From Trypanosoma brucei (Eukaryota), in contig CP000071.1 of NCBI GenBank assembly GCA_000002445.1, forward strand, positions 1,600,001 through 1,664,000: a stretch of 64,000 bases of DNA, written 5' to 3'. How positions within the stretch are numbered: the first letter of the stretch is position 1; the number at the start of each line of letters is the position of its first letter. The position numbers and the translations under genes are program-made. Shown here piece after piece: positions 61,197 to 64,000 of the stretch. The notes beneath the pieces were generated by a model. It did no database searches, was not told the origin of the DNA, and saw nothing but the letters and a program-made list of their open reading frames with translations.

Positions 61197-62009
61197 ATGG
61201 AAACGAGAAAAGTTACAGAGTGCACGCCCTCACCTGAGGAGGAATTTCGAAGCGGTACTTCACTCAAATACCCGGACGAGGAACGGACACGACAGCAGTT
61301 AACGTTGGCCTTTCCATCCATAGATGCAGACGTTATTGAGGAAATGGCCTTCCTCGTTGGTAGGAAACGGTACACCATTGATAAGGTTGTATATATGCTC
61401 CGCCTCATTGAAGAGAGTATGAAACTCGACAACCCCGCCAACAAGGGATTAGTAAATTCCGGGGAAAGTGAAGGTCAGGAGGTGCAAGTTCTCCAAGAGG
61501 GAACGGATGACACTTCAACGGGTCACAGCTTACCTTTGCAGAGTTCACAACCACAAGAGGGGCTGGATCAAACAACTATGAAACAGCAGCGTGACTTACC
61601 CGAAGGGAATCGAGGAGGTGTGGAAGAGCTGCAGCCATTCATGCTATCGTATTCCAATTCACATAGTGCAAACTTTGTTGGGGTGAAACTATTCTTCACA
61701 AGTATGACGGGTGATCGTCGCATTCGTGACCACTGTCGCCGGGCGGAGACGCTGTTGTACCTTAAGCGTATCACGTACGAACCTGTGAATGTTGCGGACA
61801 GTCCAACACTGCAACGAAATTTGCGTGAGATGTACGCGGCATGCACAGGGAAAAGGGGTGCACCACCACTACCGGCACTGTTTGTTGGCACCAGTTATGT
61901 AGGAAACTATGAGGAGATGCAAGAGATGGAAGATGATGGCACCCTTATGGACACTCTCGAGCACCTTGGTTACAAACACGAGATTCAATCAAGTGTGGTT
62001 ACGAGGTGA
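61197..62009 (+). CDS. Hypothetical protein with CUE-like N-terminal region and C-terminal glutaredoxin-like fold lacking a CxxC active site
   Basis: The track start at 61155 is TTG and the first ATG is at 61197. …LTLAFPSIDADVIEEMAFLVGRKRYTIDKVVYMLRLIEE resembles a CUE domain (FP…LL pattern). The C-terminus …VKLFFTSMTGDRRIRDHCRRAETLLYLKRITYEPVNV…LPALFVGTSYVGNYEEMQEMEDDGTL… follows a glutaredoxin / SH3BGR-type topology, with TSMT where CPYC would be. Confidence 0.5.
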   Translation: METRKVTECTPSPEEEFRSGTSLKYPDEERTRQQLTLAFPSIDADVIEEMAFLVGRKRYTIDKVVYMLRLIEESMKLDNPANKGLVNSGESEGQEVQVLQEGTDDTSTGHSLPLQSSQPQEGLDQTTMKQQRDLPEGNRGGVEELQPFMLSYSNSHSANFVGVKLFFTSMTGDRRIRDHCRRAETLLYLKRITYEPVNVADSPTLQRNLREMYAACTGKRGAPPLPALFVGTSYVGNYEEMQEMEDDGTLMDTLEHLGYKHEIQSSVVTR

Positions 62010-63003
62010 GGGGAGGGAAGCTGCGCAGGAAAAGGAGCGTGTGTGTCGTCCATAGCGTCAGGTTGGACAGTCAACCAGTATTAGTGGTAAGTGGTAGAGG
62101 GAGACACTTAGACTTCTAACATACTTTTTGTCGTTTTGAAACCTCTATTGACTTCTTCCATCGCGCAAAGGACCGAAGAGGACCGGGAGTTTTCTTTCCC
62201 TTTCCTATATCTTCCTCAGCGTTGCAACGCTTCCCCTTCTAGTTGTGTAATATGTAATGCTCTCTTTGCTTCCGGATCGTGGTTATACCATGGAAGGAAT
62301 ATCTTTTAAGTTTCTTCTATCTAGCGACCACCTATCGATTTGTCGCCCACAGATCCCTTTCCCCCCTCTGCTCTTTCGTTTTAATCTTTCTCTTTTAGTC
62401 CGTCTGTTCTTGTACTGTATGTCTGTACCGCAATATTAAAAAAAAAACCTGTCCGTTTTTTTTTACCTGTTTTCCCCCCTCCCGCACTGCATATTTGCAA
62501 TGCCCTTCCCCCCGTAGCCACTACAGGTATGCGGGTTGCGTTCGCGTTTTTATTTCCGTTCCCTTTTCTTTTTTTAATTAACGCAGTGGTATCCTACTGT
62601 CAAGTATTACCGAACTGCGGAATGGAGAGAGCGCAGAAGTGAGACATCTATTTCGCAATTTGCTATTTTGTATCTCTGTTTTCTTTTGTGCCGGTGCACG
62701 TGTGTTGTTGTGATCATTAGCGCTGTTTTATTTTTTAGTGTGCGCATTTGAAAAAAAACAAAAAAAAACACTGTACCCTCTCATTGTATTTTCATAATGT
62801 CGCTTTTCGAATATACTGCATCTCTGTTTTGTCACCCCCGATCTTAAACTTATACATTCCCTCACGAGTGGAACATCACAGTCTCAACATCCAAACAAAA
62901 AGAGGGCAGACGACGGGGAAAATTTGTAGGAGACAAAGAAGATAACTTTACCAAGGAATATAAAGAATTGTTCGCCGGCTTAGAAGGGGGAAGGCAACAA
63001 GAC

Positions 63004-64000
63004 ATGAATCAACTGGAGAGCCTCAAGAAACACACATGTGTTGTAATCGACACAGCAGATTTCTCTCTTCTGAAAGAATTTTCTGCTGAAGATGCCACAA
63101 CTAACCCATCGTTGGTCCTAGCTGGCAGTCAGGTCCCGCAACACGCTCACCTCGTCAATAGTGCCGTAGAGTTTGCACGCTCTAATGTCTCTCGGCTACG
63201 TGATGGCCTCCTCTCCAGCGCTGATGATGAGCGCGCCCAGTTGCTGGAGCTCGCAGTTGACAAACTAACAGTGAGTTTCGGTGTGGAAATCCTAAAGGCC
63301 ATTCCTGGTCGGGTGAGCTCAGAGGTAGATGCTCGCCTCTCCTACGACGCTGACAAGATGGTCAAGAAGGCGCAACATATCGTACAATTGTATGCGGAGG
63401 CTGGTGTACCAAAGGAAAGGTTGTATATAAAGCTGGCTTCCACGTGGGAGGGCATTCGCGCCGCGGAGCGCCTGGAACGTGAGGGCATCAACTGCAACCT
63501 CACATTACTATTCTCATTCGATCAGGCCGTGGCCTGTGCTCAAGCAGGCGTTGCCCTCATCTCTCCCTTCGTTGGTCGAGTATTGGATTGGTATAAAGCA
63601 AAGTACCCGGAGCAGGCCGACACATTCATTGGAGCACAAGATCCAGGCGTCATTGCTGTAACGAAAATTTACAACTACTACAAGCGGCATGGTTACAAAA
63701 CCGTTGTGATGGGAGCATCGTTCCGCAACACTGGTGAAGTACTAGAGTTGGCTGGTTGTGATAAACTTACCATTTCTCCTAAGCTACTGCAAGAACTCGC
63801 CAGCACACCTGGTGAAGTCGTGCGGAAATTGGACCCGGCACGACTCACCCAATCCATACCGAAGCTTTCTGAATTGACAAGACCGGAATCTCTCTTTGAG
63901 AGGGAGACAAACAACATGGCAGTTGAGAAGTTGGAAGAAGGTATCCGAAACTTTGCAAAGGATACAGAAAAGTTGGAAGCACTCATCGCTACACTTTTGT
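63004..64000 (+). CDS. TAL: Transaldolase (3' partial; ORF continues beyond window end)
   Basis: ATG at 63004 with an in-frame TAA at 62944. MNQLESLKKHTCVVIDTADF…DATTNPSLV…KAIPGRVSSEVDARLSYD…IKLASTWEGI…CNLTLLFSFDQAVACAQAGVALISPFVGR… are all canonical transaldolase motifs, including the Schiff-base Lys in IKLASTWEG. Confidence 0.9.
   Translation, partial: MNQLESLKKHTCVVIDTADFSLLKEFSAEDATTNPSLVLAGSQVPQHAHLVNSAVEFARSNVSRLRDGLLSSADDERAQLLELAVDKLTVSFGVEILKAIPGRVSSEVDARLSYDADKMVKKAQHIVQLYAEAGVPKERLYIKLASTWEGIRAAERLEREGINCNLTLLFSFDQAVACAQAGVALISPFVGRVLDWYKAKYPEQADTFIGAQDPGVIAVTKIYNYYKRHGYKTVVMGASFRNTGEVLELAGCDKLTISPKLLQELASTPGEVVRKLDPARLTQSIPKLSELTRPESLFERETNNMAVEKLEEGIRNFAKDTEKLEALIATLL

Overview
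This window is kinetoplastid nuclear DNA of the Trypanosoma brucei group, not a prokaryotic locus. The gene content matches the calflagin (flagellar Ca-binding protein Tb-17/Tb-24/Tb-44) locus that I recall lying on chromosome 8. Genes have no introns, are densely packed and are grouped by strand. Four genes lie on the minus strand between 1 and 8339: a coiled-coil protein (partial), a conserved hypothetical protein, a SAM-dependent methyltransferase and ESCRT-III subunit Vps20/CHMP6. A ~4.8 kb divergent strand-switch region follows (8340..13149), containing a G13 run and a GC-rich core; it is a candidate Pol II start zone. A long plus-strand polycistron then runs from 13150 to the window end. 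Its genes are, in order: a solo calflagin, an amino-acid transporter, and a tandem calflagin array containing the in-frame double-unit fusion Tb-44. Next come a hypothetical protein, Nop52/RRP1, a non-RD protein kinase, AP endonuclease APE1 and a small hypothetical protein. These are followed by COP9-signalosome subunit CSN5 (JAMM protease), an IscA-type Fe-S assembly protein, a second small hypothetical protein and a spermidine-synthase/methyltransferase-fold protein. A PIN-like auxin-efflux-carrier family transporter follows, then a 4810-aa VPS13-like lipid-transfer protein, a CUE/glutaredoxin-fold protein and transaldolase (3' partial). The ORF track uses GTG and TTG as start codons, so for seven genes I moved the start to the first in-frame ATG. 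There are no CRISPR arrays, rRNA or tRNA genes or mobile elements that I can support. I cannot point to a novel multi-gene system in the prokaryotic sense. The most interesting features are, first, the calflagin array (the Tb-44 fusion junction and a mosaic, gene-conversion-like pattern among copies). Second, the VPS13-like giant protein has two Trp-rich DysF (dysferlin/peroxin)-like modules at its extreme C-terminus. Third, the strand-switch region is clearly structured. Fourth, several enzymes have divergent motifs: a non-RD kinase, a degenerate spermidine-synthase fold and a glutaredoxin fold without CxxC.
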